Assembly (NCBI GenBank): GCA_964016885.1
Contig: OZ024746.1
Location: 51,088,001-51,152,000 of the forward strand
DNA length: 64,000 nt
Source: Eledone cirrhosa
Lineage: Eukaryota
Direction: 5' to 3'
In this document: piece after piece, positions 39,770-53,814 of the stretch
How the letters are laid out: every line of letters begins with the position of its first letter
How positions within the stretch are numbered: the first letter of the stretch is position 1
Translations under genes and position numbers: made by a program
Notes under the pieces: model-generated
What the model was told of the DNA's origin: nothing
Database searches by the model: none
What the model saw: only the letters and a program-made list of their open reading frames with translations

Positions 39770-42755
39770 TATCTACTGGCTAGCGAAACCACAGCCAAGT
39801 GAACGGGCTTGGCTGGATCAACAAGATTGCCACTGTTCTTATCTACTGTCTAGCCAAACCAAAGCCAAGGCAACGGCCTTGGGTGGATCAACGAGATTGC
39901 CACTGTCCCTATCTAGTGTCTAGCGAAACTACAGCCAAGGGAACGAGCTTGGACGGAATAACGAGATTGCCACTGTCCCTATCTACTGTCTAGCGAAACC
40001 ACAGCCAAGGGAACGGGCATGACTGGATCAATGAGATTGCCACTGTCCCTATCTACTGTCTATCTACTGTCTAGCGAAACCACAGCCAAGGGAACGAGCT
40101 TGGAAGGATCAACGAGATTGCCACTGTCCTTATCTACTGTCTAGAGAAACCACAGTCAACGGAACGAGCTTGGGTGGATCAGCGAGATTGCCACTGTCCC
40201 TATCTACTGTCTAGCGAAACCACAGCTAAGGGAATGGGCTTGGCTGGATCAATGAGATTGCCACTTTTCCTATCAACTGTCTAGCGAATCCACAGCCAAG
40301 AAAACGAACTTGGACGGATCAACGACATTGCACTGTCCCTATCTACTGTCTAGCGAAACCACAGCCAAGGGAACGAGCTTGGACGGATCAACGAGGTTGC
40401 CACTGTCCTTATCTACTGTCTAGCGAAACACAGTCAACGGAACGAGTTTGGGTGGATCAGCGAGATTGCCACTGTCCCTATCTACTGTCTAGCGAAACCA
40501 CAGCCAAGGGGACGGGCGTTGCTGGATCAATGAGATTGCCACTGTCGCTATCTACTGTCTAGCAAAACCACAGCCAAGGGAAAGGGCATGACTGGATCAC
40601 TGAGATTGCAACTGTCCCTATCTACTTTCTAGCGAAACCACAGCCATGGGAACGGGCTTGGGTGGATCAACGAGATTGCCACTGTCCCTATCTACTCTCT
40701 AGCGAAACGACAGCCATGGGAACGGACTTGGGTGGATCAATGAGATTGCCACTGTCCCTCTCTACTGTCTAGCGTAACCACAGCCAAGAGAACGGGCTTG
40801 GGTGAATCAACGAGATTGCCACTGTCCCTATCTACTGTATAGCGAAACCACAGCCAAGGGAACGAACTTGGACGGATCAACAAGATTGCCACTGCCCCTA
40901 TCTACTGTCTAGCGAAACTACAGCCAAGGGAACGAGCTTGGACGGATCAACGAGATAGCCACTGACCCTATCTTCTGTCTAGCGAAACCACAGACAAGGG
41001 AACGAGCTTGGACGGATCAACGAGATTGCCACTGTCCCTATCTACTGTCTAGCGAAACCACAGCCAAGTGAATGGTCTTGGGTGGATCAACGAAATTGCC
41101 ACTGTCCCTATCTATTGTCTAGCCATACCAAAGCCAAGGGAACGAGCTTGGACGGATCAACGAGATTGCCACTGTCCTTATCTACTGTCTAGAGAAACCA
41201 CAGTCAACGGAACGAGCTTGGGTGGATCACCGAGATTGCCACTGTCCCTATCTACTGGCTAGCGAAACCACAGCCAAGTGAACGGGCTTGGCTGGATCAA
41301 CAAGATTGCCACTGTTCTTATCTACTGTCTAGCCAAACCAAAGCCAAGGCAACGGCCTTGGGTGGATCAACGAGATTGCCACTGTCCCTATCTAGTGTCT
41401 AGCGAAACTACAGCCAAGGGAACGAGCTTGGACGGAATAACGAGATTGCCACTGTCCCTATCTACTGTCTAGCGAAACCACAGCCAAGGGAACGGGCATG
41501 ACTGGATCAATGAGATTGCCACTGTCCCTATCTACTGTCTATCTACTGTCTAGCGAAACCACAGCCAAGGGAACGAGCTTGGAAGGATCAACGAGATTGC
41601 CACTGTCCTTATCTACTGTCTAGAGAAACCACAGTCAACGGAACGAGCTTGGGTGGATCAGCGAGATTGCCACTGTCCCTATCTACTGTCTAGCGAAACC
41701 ATAGCTAAGGGAATGGGCTTGGCTGGATCAATGAGATTGCCACTTTTCCTATCAACTGTCTAGCGAATCCACAGCCAAGAAAACGAACTTGGACGGATCA
41801 ACGACATTGCACTGTCCCTATCTACTGTCTAGCGAAACCACAGCCAAGGGAACGAGCTTGGACGGATCAACGAGGTTGCCACTGTCCTTATCTACTGTCT
41901 AGCGAAACACAGTCAACGGAACGAGTTTGGGTGGATCAGCGAGATTGCCACTGTCCCTATCTACTGTCTAGCGAAACCACAGCCAAAGGGACGGGCGTTG
42001 CTGGATCAACGAGATTGCCACTGTCGCTATCTACTGTCTAGCAAAACCACAGCCAAGGGAAAGGGCATGACTGGATCACTGAGATTGCAACTGTCCCTAT
42101 CTACTTTCTAGCGAAACCACAGCCATGGGAACGGGCTTGGGTGGATCAACGAGATTGCCACTGTCCCTATCTACTCTCTAGCGAAACGACAGCCATGGGA
42201 ACGGACTTGGGTGGATCAATGAGATTGCCACTGTCCCTCTCTACTGTCTAGCGTAACCACAGCCAAGAGAACGGGCTTGGGTGAATCAACGAGATTGCCA
42301 CTGTCCCTATCTACTGAATAGCGAAACCACAGCCAAGGGAACGAACTTGGACGGATCAACAAGATTGCCACTGCCCCTATCTACTGTCTAGCGAAACTAC
42401 AGCCAAGGGAACGAGCTTGGACGGATCAACGAGATAGCCACTGACCCTATCTTCTGTCTAGCGAAACCACAGACAAGGGAACGAGCTTGGACGGATCAAC
42501 GAGATTGCCACTGTCCCTATCTACTGTCTAGCGAAACCACAGCCAAGTGAATGGTCTTGGGTGGATCAACGAAATTGCCACTGTCCCTATCTATTGTCTA
42601 GCCATACCAAAGCCAAGGGAACGAGCTTGGACGGATCAACGAGATTGCCACTGTCCTTATCTACTGTCTAGAGAAACCACAGTCAACGGAACGAGCTTGG
42701 GTGGATCACCGAGATTGCCACTGTCCCTATCTACTGGCTAGCGAAACCACAGCCA
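39770..42755 (+). repeat. 21-monomer higher-order duplication, period 1479 bp
   Basis: ORF pairs 39799/41278 and 41068/42547; the 11-bp insertion is at 40050 and 41529 (21x70+11-2=1479). Confidence 0.9.
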
Positions 42756-43149
42756 ATGGAACGGGCGTGGCTGTTCAACGAGATTGCCACTGTCGCTATC
42801 TACTGTCTAGCGAAACCACAGCCAAGGGAACAGGCGTGGTTGGATCAATGATATTGCCACTGTCCCTATCTACTGTCTATCGAAACCACAGCCAAGGGAA
42901 CGAACTTGGACGGATCAACGAGATTGCCACTGTCCCTATCTACTGTCTAGCGAAACTACAGCCAATGGAACGAGCTTGGACGGAATAACGAGATTGCCAT
43001 TGTCCCTATCTACTGTCTAGCGAAACCAAAGCCAAGGGAGCGGGCTTGGCTGGATCAATGAGATTGCCACTGTCCCTATCTACTGTCTATCGAAACCACA
43101 GCCAAGGGAACGAACTTGGACGGATCAACGAGATTGCCACTGTCCCTAT

Positions 43150-46100
43150 CTACTGTCTAGCGAAACTACAGCCAATGGAACGAGCTTGGACGGAATAACG
43201 AGATTGCCATTGTCCCTCTCTACTGTCTAGCGAAACCACAGCTAAGGGAACGAGCTTGGACGGATCAACGATATTGCCACTGACACTATCTACTGTCTAG
43301 CGAAAACACAGACAAGGGAACGAGCTTGGACGGATCAATGAGATTGCCACTGTCGCTATCTACTGTCTATCTAATGTCTAGCGAAACCACAGCCAAGGGA
43401 ACGAGCTTGGAAGGATCAACGAGATTGCCACTCTCCTTATCTACTGTCTAGAGAAACCACAGTCAACGGAACGAGCTTGGGTGGATCAGCGAGATTGCCA
43501 CTGTCCCTATCTACTGTCTAGCGAAACCACAGCCAAGGGAACGGGCGTGGCTGGATCGACGAGATTGCCACTGTCGCTATCTACTGTCTAGCGAAACCAC
43601 AGCTAAGGGAATGGGCTTGGCTGGATCAATGAGATTGCCACTTTTCCTATCAAATGTCTAGCGAAACCACAGCCAAGAAAACGAACTTGGACGGATCAAC
43701 GACATTGCACTGTCCCTATCTACTGTCTAGCGAAACCACAGCCAAGGGAACGAGCTTGGACGGATCAACGAGGTTGCCACTGTCCTTATCTACTGTCTAG
43801 CGAAACACAGTCAACGGAACGAGTTTGGGTGGATCAGCGAGATTGCCACTGTCCCTATCTACTGTCTAGCGAAACCACAGCCAAGGGAACGAGCTTGGAC
43901 GGATCAACGAGGTTGCCACTGTCCTTATCTACTGTCTAGCGAAACACAGTCAACGGAACGAGTTTGGGTGGATCAGCGAGATTGCCACTGTCCCTATCTA
44001 CTGTCTAGCGAAACCACAGCCAAGGGAACGGGCGTGGCTGGATCAACGAGATTGCCACTGTCGCTATCTACAGTCTAGCAAAACCACAGCCAAGGGAAAG
44101 GGCATGACTGGATCACTGAGATTGCAACTGTCCCTATCTACTGTCTAGCAAAACCACAGCCATGGGAACGGGCTTGGGTGGATCAACGAGATTGCCACTG
44201 TCCCTATCTACTCTCTAGCGAAACGACAGCCATGGGAACGGACTTGGGTGGATCAATGAGATTGCCACTGTCCCTCTCTACTGTCTAGCGTAACCACAGC
44301 CAAGAGAACGAGCTTGGGTGAATCAACGAGATTGCCACTGTCCCTATCTACTGTCTAGCGAAACCACAGCCAAGGGAACGAACTTGGACGGATCAACGAG
44401 ATTGCCACTGCCCCTATCTACTGTCTAGCGAAACTACAGCCAAGGGAACGAGCTTGGACGGATCAACGAGATTGCCACTGACCCTATCTTCTGTCTAGCG
44501 AAACCACAGACAAGGGAACGAGCTTGGACGGATCAACGAGATTGCCACTGTCCCTATCTACTGTCTAGCCAAACCAAAGCCAAGGGAACCGCCTAGGGTG
44601 GATCAACGAGATTGCCACTGTCCCTATCTACTGTCTAGCGAAACCACAGCCAAGTGAATGGTCTTGGGTGGATCAACGAAATTGCCACTGTCCCTATCTA
44701 TTGTCTAGCCAAACCAAAGCCAAGGGAACGAGCTTGGACGGATCAACAAGATTGCCACTGTCCTTATCTACTGTCTAGCGAAACTACAGCCAAGGGAACG
44801 AGCTTGGACGGAATAACAAGATTACCACTGTCCCTATCTACTGTCTAGCGAAACCGCAGCCAAGGGAACGGACCTGGTTGGATCAACGAGATTGCCACTG
44901 AACCTACTTACTGTCTAGCCAAACCAAAGCCAAGGGAACCGCCTAGGGTGGATCAACGAGATTGCCACTGTCCCTATCTACTGTCTAGCGAAACCACAGC
45001 CAAGTGAATGGTCTTGGGTGGATCAACGAAATTGCCACTGTCCCTATCTATTGTCTAGCCAAACCACAGCCAAGGGAACGAGCTTGGACGGATCAACGAG
45101 ATTGCCACTGTCCTTATCTACTGTCTAACGAAACCACAGCGAAGGAAACGAGCTTGGACGGATCAATGAGGTTGCCACTGTCCTTATCTACTGTCTAGAG
45201 AAACCACAGTCAAAGGAACGAGCTTGGGTGGATCACCGAGATTGCCACTCTCCCTATCTACTGGCTAGCGAAACCACAGCAAAGTGAACGGGCTTGGCTG
45301 GATCAACAAGATTGCCACTGTCCTTATCTACTGTCTAGCCAAACCAAAGCCAAGGGAACGGCCTTGTGTGGATCAACGAGATTACCACTGTCCCTATCTA
45401 GTGTCTAGCGAAACTACAGCCAAGGGAACGAGCTTGGACGGAATAACGAGATTGCCACTGTCCTTATCTACTGTCTAACGAAACCACAGCCAAGGGAACG
45501 AGCTTGGACGGATCAACGAGATTGCCACTGTCCTTATCTACTGTCTAGAGAAACCACAGTCAACGGAACGAGCTAGGGTGGATCAACGAGATTGCCACTG
45601 TCCCTAAGTAATGTCTAGCGAAACCACAGCCAAGGGAACGGGCGTGGCTGGATCAACGACATTGCCTCTCTCGCTATCTACTGTCTAGCGACACCAAAGA
45701 CCAAGGGAGCGGGCTTGGCTGGATCAATGAGATTGCCACTGTCCCTCTCTACTGTCTAGCGAAAATACAGCCAATGAAACGAGCTTGGACGGAATAACGA
45801 GATTGCCACTGTCCCTATCTACTGTCTAGCGAAACCACAGCTAAGGGAACGAGCTTGGACGGATCAACGAGATTGCCACTGACGCTATCTACTGTCTAGC
45901 GAAAACACAGACAAGGGAACGAGCTTGGATGGATCAACGAGATTGCCACTGTCCCTATCTACTGTCTATCTACTGTCTAGCGAAACCACAGCGAAGGGAA
46001 CGAGCTTGGAAGGATCAACGAGATTGCCACTGTCCTTATCTACTGTCTAGAGAAACCACAGTCAACGGAACGAGCTTGGGTGGATCAGCGAGATTGCCAC

Positions 46101-49100
46101 TGTCCCTATCTACTGTCTAGCGAAACCACAGCCAAGGGAACGGGCGTGGCTGGATCAACGAGATTGCCACTGTCGCTATCTACTGTCTAGCGAAACCACA
46201 GCTAAGGGAATGGGCTTGGCTGGATCAATGAGATTGCCACTTTTCCTATCAAATGTCTAGCGAAACCACAGCCAAGAAAACGAACTTGGACGGATCAACG
46301 ACATTGCACTGTCCCTATCTACTGTCTAGCGAAACCACAGCCAAGGGAACGAGCTTGGACGGATCAACGAGGTTGCCACTGTCCTTATCTACTGTCTAGC
46401 GAAACACAGTCAACGGAACGAGTTTGGGTGGATCAGCGAGATTGCCACTGTCCCTATCTACTGTCTAGCGAAACCACAGCCAAGGGAACGAGCTTGGACG
46501 GATCAACGAGGTTGCCACTGTCCTTATCTACTGTCTATCGAAACACAGTCAACGGAACGAGTTTGGGTGGATCAGCGAGATTGCCACTGTCCCTATCTAC
46601 TGTCTAGCGAAACCACAGCCAAGGGAACGGGCGTGGCTGGATCAACGAGATTGCCACTGTCGCTATCTACAGTCTAGCAAAACCACAGCCAAGGGAAAGG
46701 GCATGACTGGATCACTGAGATTGCAACTGTCCCTATCTACTGTCTAGCGAAACCACAGACAAGGGAACGAGCTTGGACGGATCATCGAGATTGCCACTGT
46801 CCCTATCTACTTTCTAGCAAAACCACAGCCATGGGAACGGGCTTGGGTGGATCAACGAGATTGCCACTGTCCCTATCTACTCTCTAGCGAAACGACAGCC
46901 ATGGGAACGGACTTGGGTGGATCAATGAGATTGCCACTGTCCCTCTCTACTGTCTAGCGTAACCACAGCCAAGAGAACGGGCTTGGGTGAATCAACGAGA
47001 TTGCCACTGTCCCTATCTACTGTCTAGCGAAACCACAGCCAAGGGAACGGGCGTGGCTGGATCAACGAGATTGCCACTGTCGCTATCTACAGTCTAGCAA
47101 AACCACAGCCAAGGGAAAGGGCATGACTGGATCACTGAGATTGCAACTGTCCCTATCTACTGTCTAGCGAAACTACAGCCAAGGGAACGAGCTTGGACGG
47201 ATCAACGAGATTGCCACTGACCCTATCTTCTGTCTAGCGAAACCACAGACAAGGGAACGAGCTTGGACGGATCAACGAGATTGCCACTGTCCCTATCTAC
47301 TGTCTAGCCAAACCAAAGCCAAGGGAACCGCCTAGGGTGGATCAACGAGATTGCCACTGTCCCTATCTACTGTCTAGCGAAACCACAGCCAAGTGAATGG
47401 TCTTGGGTGGATCAACGAAATTGCCACTGTCCCTATCTATTGTCTAGCCAAACCAAAGCCAAGGGAACGAGCTTGGACGGATCAACAAGATTGCCACTGT
47501 CCTTATCTACTGTCTAGCGAAACTACAGCCAAGGGAACGAGCTTGGACGGAATAACAAGATTACCACTGTCCCTATCTACTGTCTAGCGAAACCGCAGCC
47601 AAGGGAACGGACCTGGTTGGATCAACGAGATTGCCACTGAACCTACTTACTGTCTAGCGAAACCACAGCCAAGGGAACGAGCTTGGACGGATCAACGAGA
47701 TTGCCACTGTCCTTATCTACTGTCCAACGAAACCACAGCGAAGGGAACGAGCTTGGACGGATCAATGAGGTTGCCACTGTCCTTATCTACTGTCTAGAGA
47801 AACCACAGTCAAGAGAACGAGCTTGGACGGATCAACGAGATTGACACTCTCCCTATCTACTGGCTAGCGAAACCACAGCCAAGTGAACGGGCTTGGCTGG
47901 ATCAACAAGATTGCCACTGTCCTTATCTACTGTCTAGCCAAACCAAAGCCAAGGGAACGGCCTTGTGTGGATCAACGAGATTGCCACTGTCCCTATCTAG
48001 TGTCTAGCGAAACTACAGCCAAGTGAACGAGCTTGGACGGAATAACGAGATTGCCACTGTCCTTATCTACTGTCTAACGAAACCACAGCCAAGAGAACGA
48101 GCTTGGACGGATCAACGAGATTGCCACTGTCCTTATCTACTGTCTAGAGAAACCACAGTCAACGGAACGAGCTAGGGTGGATCAACGAGATTGCCACTGT
48201 CCCTAAGTAATGTCTAGCGAAACCACAGCCAAGGGAACGGGCGTGGCTGGATCAACGACATTGCCTCTCTCGCTATCTACTGTCTAGCGACACCAAAGAC
48301 CAAGGGAGCGGGCGTGGCTGGATCAACGAGCTTGCCACTGACCCTCTCTACTGTCTAGCGAAAATACAGCCAATGGAACGAGCTTGGACGGAATAACGAG
48401 ATTGCCACTGTCCCTATCTACTGTCTAGCGAAACCACAGCTAAGGGAACGAGCTTGGACGGATCAACGAGATTGCCACTGACGCTATCTACTGTCTAGCG
48501 AAAACACAGACAAGGGAACGAGCTTGGATGGATCAACGAGATTGCCACTGTCCCTATCTACTGTCCATCTACTGTCTAGCGAAACCACAGCGAAGGGAAC
48601 GAGCTTGGAAGGATCAACGAGATTGCCACAGTCATTATCTACTGTTTAGAGAAACCACAGTCAACGGAACGAGCTTGGGTGGATCAGCGAGATTGCCACT
48701 GTCCCTATCAACTGTCTAGCGAAACCACAGCCAAGGGAACGGGCGTGGCTGGATCAATGAGATTGCCACTCTCGCTATCTACTGTCTAGCGAAACCACAG
48801 GTAAGGGAATGGGCTTGGCTGGATCAATGAGATTGCCACTTTTCCTATCAACTGTCTAGCGAAACCACAGCCAAGAAAACGAACTTGGAAGGATCAACGA
48901 CATTGCACTCTCCCTATCTACTGTCTAGCGAAACCACAGCCAAGGGAACGAGCTTGGACGGATCAACGAGTTTGCCACTGTCCTTATCTACTGTCTAGCG
49001 AAACACAGTCAACGGAACGAGTTTGGGTGGATCAACGAGATTGCCACTGTCGCTATCTATTGTCCAGCAAAACCACAGCCAAGGGAACGGGCTTGGCTGG

Positions 49101-49320
49101 ATCAATGAGATTGCCACTGTCGCTATCTATTGTCTAGCAAAACCACAGCCAAGGGAAAGGGCATGACTGGATCACTGAGATTGCAACTGTCCCTATCTAC
49201 TGTCTAGCGAGACCACAGACAAGGGAACGAGCTTGGACGGATCAACGAGATTGCCACTGTCCCTATCTACTTTCTAGCGAAACCACAGCCATGGGAACGG
49301 GCTTGGGTGGATCAACGAGA
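43150..49320 (+). repeat. About 37-39 monomer higher-order repeat, period 2599-2739 bp, about 2.4 copies
   Basis: The 11-bp insertion is at 43357, 45956 and 48555 (2599 apart); ORFs at 44654/47393 are 2739 apart; CCCTAAGTAATG and GACACCAAAGACC markers each occur twice. Confidence 0.8.
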
Positions 49321-49509
49321 TTGCCACTGTCCCTATCTACTGTCTAGCGAAACCACAGCCAAGGGAACGAACTTGGACGGATCAACGAAATTGCCACCTC
49401 CCCTATCTACTGTCTAGCGAAACTACAGCCAAGGGAACGAGCTTGGACGGATCAACGAGATTGCCACTGACCCTATCTACTGTCTAGCGAAACCACAGTC
49501 AACGGAACG

Positions 49510-50182
49510 AGCTTGGGTGGATCAACGAGATTGCCACTGTGCCTATCTACTGTCTAGCGAAACCACAGACAAGGGAACGAGCTTGGGTGGATTAACGAGA
49601 TTGCCACTGTCCCTATCTATTGTCTAGCCAAACCAAAGCCAAGGGAACGGGCGTGGCTGGATCAACGAGATTGCCACTGTCCCTATCTACTGTCTAGCGA
49701 AACCACAGCCAAGGGAACGGGCGTGGCTGGGTCACCGAGATTGCCACTGTCCCTATCTACTGTCTAGCGAAACCACAGTCAACGGAACGAGCTTGGGTGG
49801 ATCAACGAGATTGCCACTGTGCCTATCTACTGTCTAGCGAAACAACAGCCATGGGAACGAGCTTGGGTGGATTAACGAGATTGCCACTGTCCCTATCTAC
49901 TCTCTAGCGAAACAACAGCCAAGGGAACGGACTTGGGTGGATCAACGAGATTTTCACTGTCCCTCTCTACTGTCCTGCGTAACCACAGCCAAGAGAACGG
50001 GCTTGGGTGAATCAACGAGATTGCCACTGTCCCTATCTACTGTCTAGCGAAACCACAGCTAAGGGAACGAACTTGGACGGATAAACGAGATTGCCACTGC
50101 TCCTATCTACTGTCTAGCGAAACTACAGCCAAGGGAACGAGCTAGGACGGATCAACGAGATTGCCACTGACCCTATCTTCTG

Positions 50183-50216
<34 letters not shown>

Positions 50217-53160
50217 CGGGATCAACAAGATTGCCACTGTCTTTATCTACTGTCTAGTCAAACCAAAGCCAAGGGAACAGCCTTGGGTGGATCAACGAGA
50301 ATGCCACTGTCCCTATCTACTGTCTAGCGAAACTACAGCCAATGGAACGAGCTTGGACGGAATAACGAGATTCCCACTGTCCCTATCTACTGTCTAGCGA
50401 AACCACAGCCAAGGGAACGGACTTGGTTGGATCAATGAGATTGCCACTGTCCCTATCTACTGTCCAGCGAAATCACAGCCAAGGGAACGAACTTGGACGG
50501 ATCAACGAGATTGCCACTGTCCCTATCTACTGTCTAGCGAAACTACAGCCAATGGAACGATCTTGGACGGAATAACGAGATTGCCACTGTCCCTATCTAC
50601 TTTTTAGCGAAACCACAGCTAAGGGAACGAGCTTGGACGGATCAACGAGATTGCCACTGACCCTATCTACTGTCTAGCGAAAACACAGACAAGGGAACGA
50701 GCTTGGACGGATCAACGAGATTGCCACTGTCCCTATCTACTGTTTAGAGAAACTACAGTGAACGGAACGAGCTTGGGTGGATTAACAAGATTGCCACTGT
50801 CCCTATCTATTGTCTAGCGAAACCACAGCCAAAGGAACGGACTTGGCTGGATCAATGAGATTGCCACTTTCCCTATCAACTGTCTAGCGAAACCACAGCC
50901 AAGGAAACGAACTTGGACGGATCAACGACATTGCACTGTCCCTATCTACTGTCTAGCGAAACTACAGCCAAGGGAACGAGCTTGGACGGAGCAACGAGAT
51001 TGCCACTGTCCTTATCTACTGTTTAGCGAAACCACAGTCAACGGAACGAGCTTTGGTGGATCAACGAGATTGCCACTGTGCCTATCTACTGTCTAGCAAA
51101 ACCACAGCCAAGGAAACGGGCTTGGCTGGATCAACGAGATTGCCACTGTCGCTATCTATTGTCTAGCGAAACCACAGCCAAGGGAACGGGCATGACTGGA
51201 TCAATGAGATTGCCACTGTCCCTATCTACTGTATAGCGAAACCACAGCCATGGGAACGGGCTTGGGTGGATCAACGAGATTGCCACTGTCCCTATCTACT
51301 GTCTAGCGAAACGACAGACAAGGGAACGGACTTGGGTGGATCAAAGAGATTGCCACTGTCCCTCTCTACTGTCTAGCGTAACCATAGCCAAGAGAACAGG
51401 CTTGGGTGGATCAACGAGATTGCCACTGTGCCTATCTACTGTCTAGCGAAACCACAGACAAGGGAACGAGCTTGGGTGGATTAACGAGATTGCCACTGTC
51501 ACTATCTATTGTCTAGCCAAACCAAAGCCAAGGGAACGGGCGTGGCTGGATCAACGAGATTGCCACTGTCCCTATCTACTGTCTAGCGAAACCACAGTCA
51601 ACGGAACGAGCTTGGGTGGATCAACGAGATTGCCACAGTGCCTATCTACTGTCTAGCGAAACCACAGACAAGGGAACGAGCTTGGGTGGATTAACGAGAT
51701 TGCCACTGTCCCTATCTACTCACTAGCGAAACAACAGCCAAGGGAACGGACTTGGGTGGATCAACGAGATTTTCACTGTCCCTCTCTACTGTCCTGCGTA
51801 ACCACAGCCAAGAGAACGGGCTTGGGTGAATCAACGAGATTGCCACTGTCCCTATCTACTGTCTAGCGAAACCACAGCTAAGGGAACGAACTTGGACGGA
51901 TCAACGAGATTGCCACTGCTCCTATCTACTGTCTAGCGAAACTACAGCCAAGGGAACGAGCTAGGACGGATCAACGAGATTGCCACTGACCCTATCTTCT
52001 GTCTAGCGAAACCACAGCCAAGGGTACGGGCTTGGCTGGATCAACAAGATTGCCACTGTCTTTATCTACTGTCTAGTCAAACCAAAGCCAAGGGAACAGC
52101 CTTGGGTGGATCAACGAGAATGCCACTGTCCCTATCTACTGTCTAGCGAAACTACAGCCAATGGAACGAGCTTGGACGGAATAACGAGATTCCCACTGTC
52201 CCTATCTACTGTCTAGCGAAACCACAGCCAAGGGAACGGACTTGGTTGGATCAATGAGATTGCCACTGTCCCTATCTACTGTCTAGCGAAATCACAGCCA
52301 AGGGAACGAACTTGGACGGAATAACGAGATTGCCACTGTCCCTATCTACTTTTTAGCGAAACCACAGCTAAGGGAACGAGCTTGGACGGATCAACGAGAT
52401 TGCCACTGACCCTATCTACTGTCTAGCGAAAACACAGACAAGGGAACGAGCTTGGACGGATCAACGAGATTGCCACTGTCCCTATCTACTGTTTAGAGAA
52501 ACTACAGTGAACGGAACGAGCTTAGGTGGATTAACGAGATTGCCACTGTCCCTATCTATTGTCTAGCGAAACCACAGCCAAAGGAACGGACTTGGCTGGA
52601 TCAATGAGATTGCCACTTTCCCTATCAACTGTCTAGCGAAACCACAGCCAAGGAAACGAACTTGGACGGATCAACGACATTGCACTGTCCCTATCTACTG
52701 TCTAGCGAAACCACAGCCAAGGGAACGAGCTTGGACGGAGCAACGAGATTGCCACTGTCCTTATCTACTGTTTAGCGAAACCACAGTCAACGGAACGAGC
52801 TTTGTTGGATCAACGAGATTGCAACTGTGCCTATCTACTGTCTAGCAAAACCACAGCCAAGGAAACGGGCTTGGCTGGATCAACGAGATTGCCACTGTCG
52901 CTATCTATTGTCTAGCGAAACCACAGCCAAGGGAACGGGCATGACTGGATCAATGAGATTGCCACTGTCCCTATCTACTGTATAGCGAAACCACAGCCAT
53001 GGGAACGGGCTTGGGTGGATCAACGAGATTGCCACTGTCCCTATCTACTGTCTAGCGAAACGACAGACAAGGGAACGGACTTGGGTGGATCAAAGAGATT
53101 GCCACTGTCCCTCTCTACTGTCTAGCCAAACCATAGCCAAGAGAACAGGCTTGGGTGAAT
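49510..53160 (+). repeat. About 26-monomer higher-order duplication, period about 1.75-1.9 kb
   Basis: TTTTCACTGTCCCTCTCTACTGTCCTGCGT is at 49951 and 51770 (1819 apart); TTCCCACTG is at 50371 and 52190. Confidence 0.85.
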
Positions 53161-53469
53161 CAACGAGATTGCCACTGTCCCTATCTACTGTCTAGCGAAA
53201 CCACAGCCAAGGGAACGAACTTGGACGGAACAACGAGATTGCCACTGACCCTATCTACTGTCTAGCGAAACTACAGCCAAGGGAACGAGCTTGGACGGAA
53301 TAACGAGATTACCACTGTCCCTATCTACAGTCTAGCGAAACCACAGTCAAGGGAACGGACCTGGTTGGATCAATGAGATTGCCACTGAACCTATATACTG
53401 TCTAGAGAAACCACAGCCAATGGAACGGGCGTGGCTGTTCAACGAGAATGCCACTGTCGCTATCTACTG

Positions 53470-53503
<34 letters not shown>

Positions 53504-53814
53504 CTGGATCAACAAGATTGCCACTGTCTTTATCTACTGTCTAGCCAAACCAAAGCCAAGGGAACAGCCTTGGGTGGATCAACGAGATTGCCACTGTCCC
53601 TATCTAATGTCTAGCGAAACTACAGCCAATGGAACGAGCTTGGACGGAATAACGAGATTGCCACTGTCCCTATCTACTGTCTAGCGAAACCACAGCCAAG
53701 GGAACGGACTTGGTTGGATCAACGAGATTGACACTGAACCTATCTAATGTCTAGCGAAACCACAGCCAAGGGAACGAGCTTGGACGGATCAACAAGATTG
53801 CCACTGTCCTTATC

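Larger units (their letters stand above)
16170..41067 (+). repeat. About 12-13 kb tandem super-repeat (about 16.2-29.2 kb matches about 29.2-41.1 kb, with internal indels)
   Basis: Collinear offsets: 13075 (17780/30855), 11468 (20169/31637, 22683/34151), 11678 (23452/35130) and 11821 (25721/37542, 27978/39799, 28229/40050). Confidence 0.85.
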
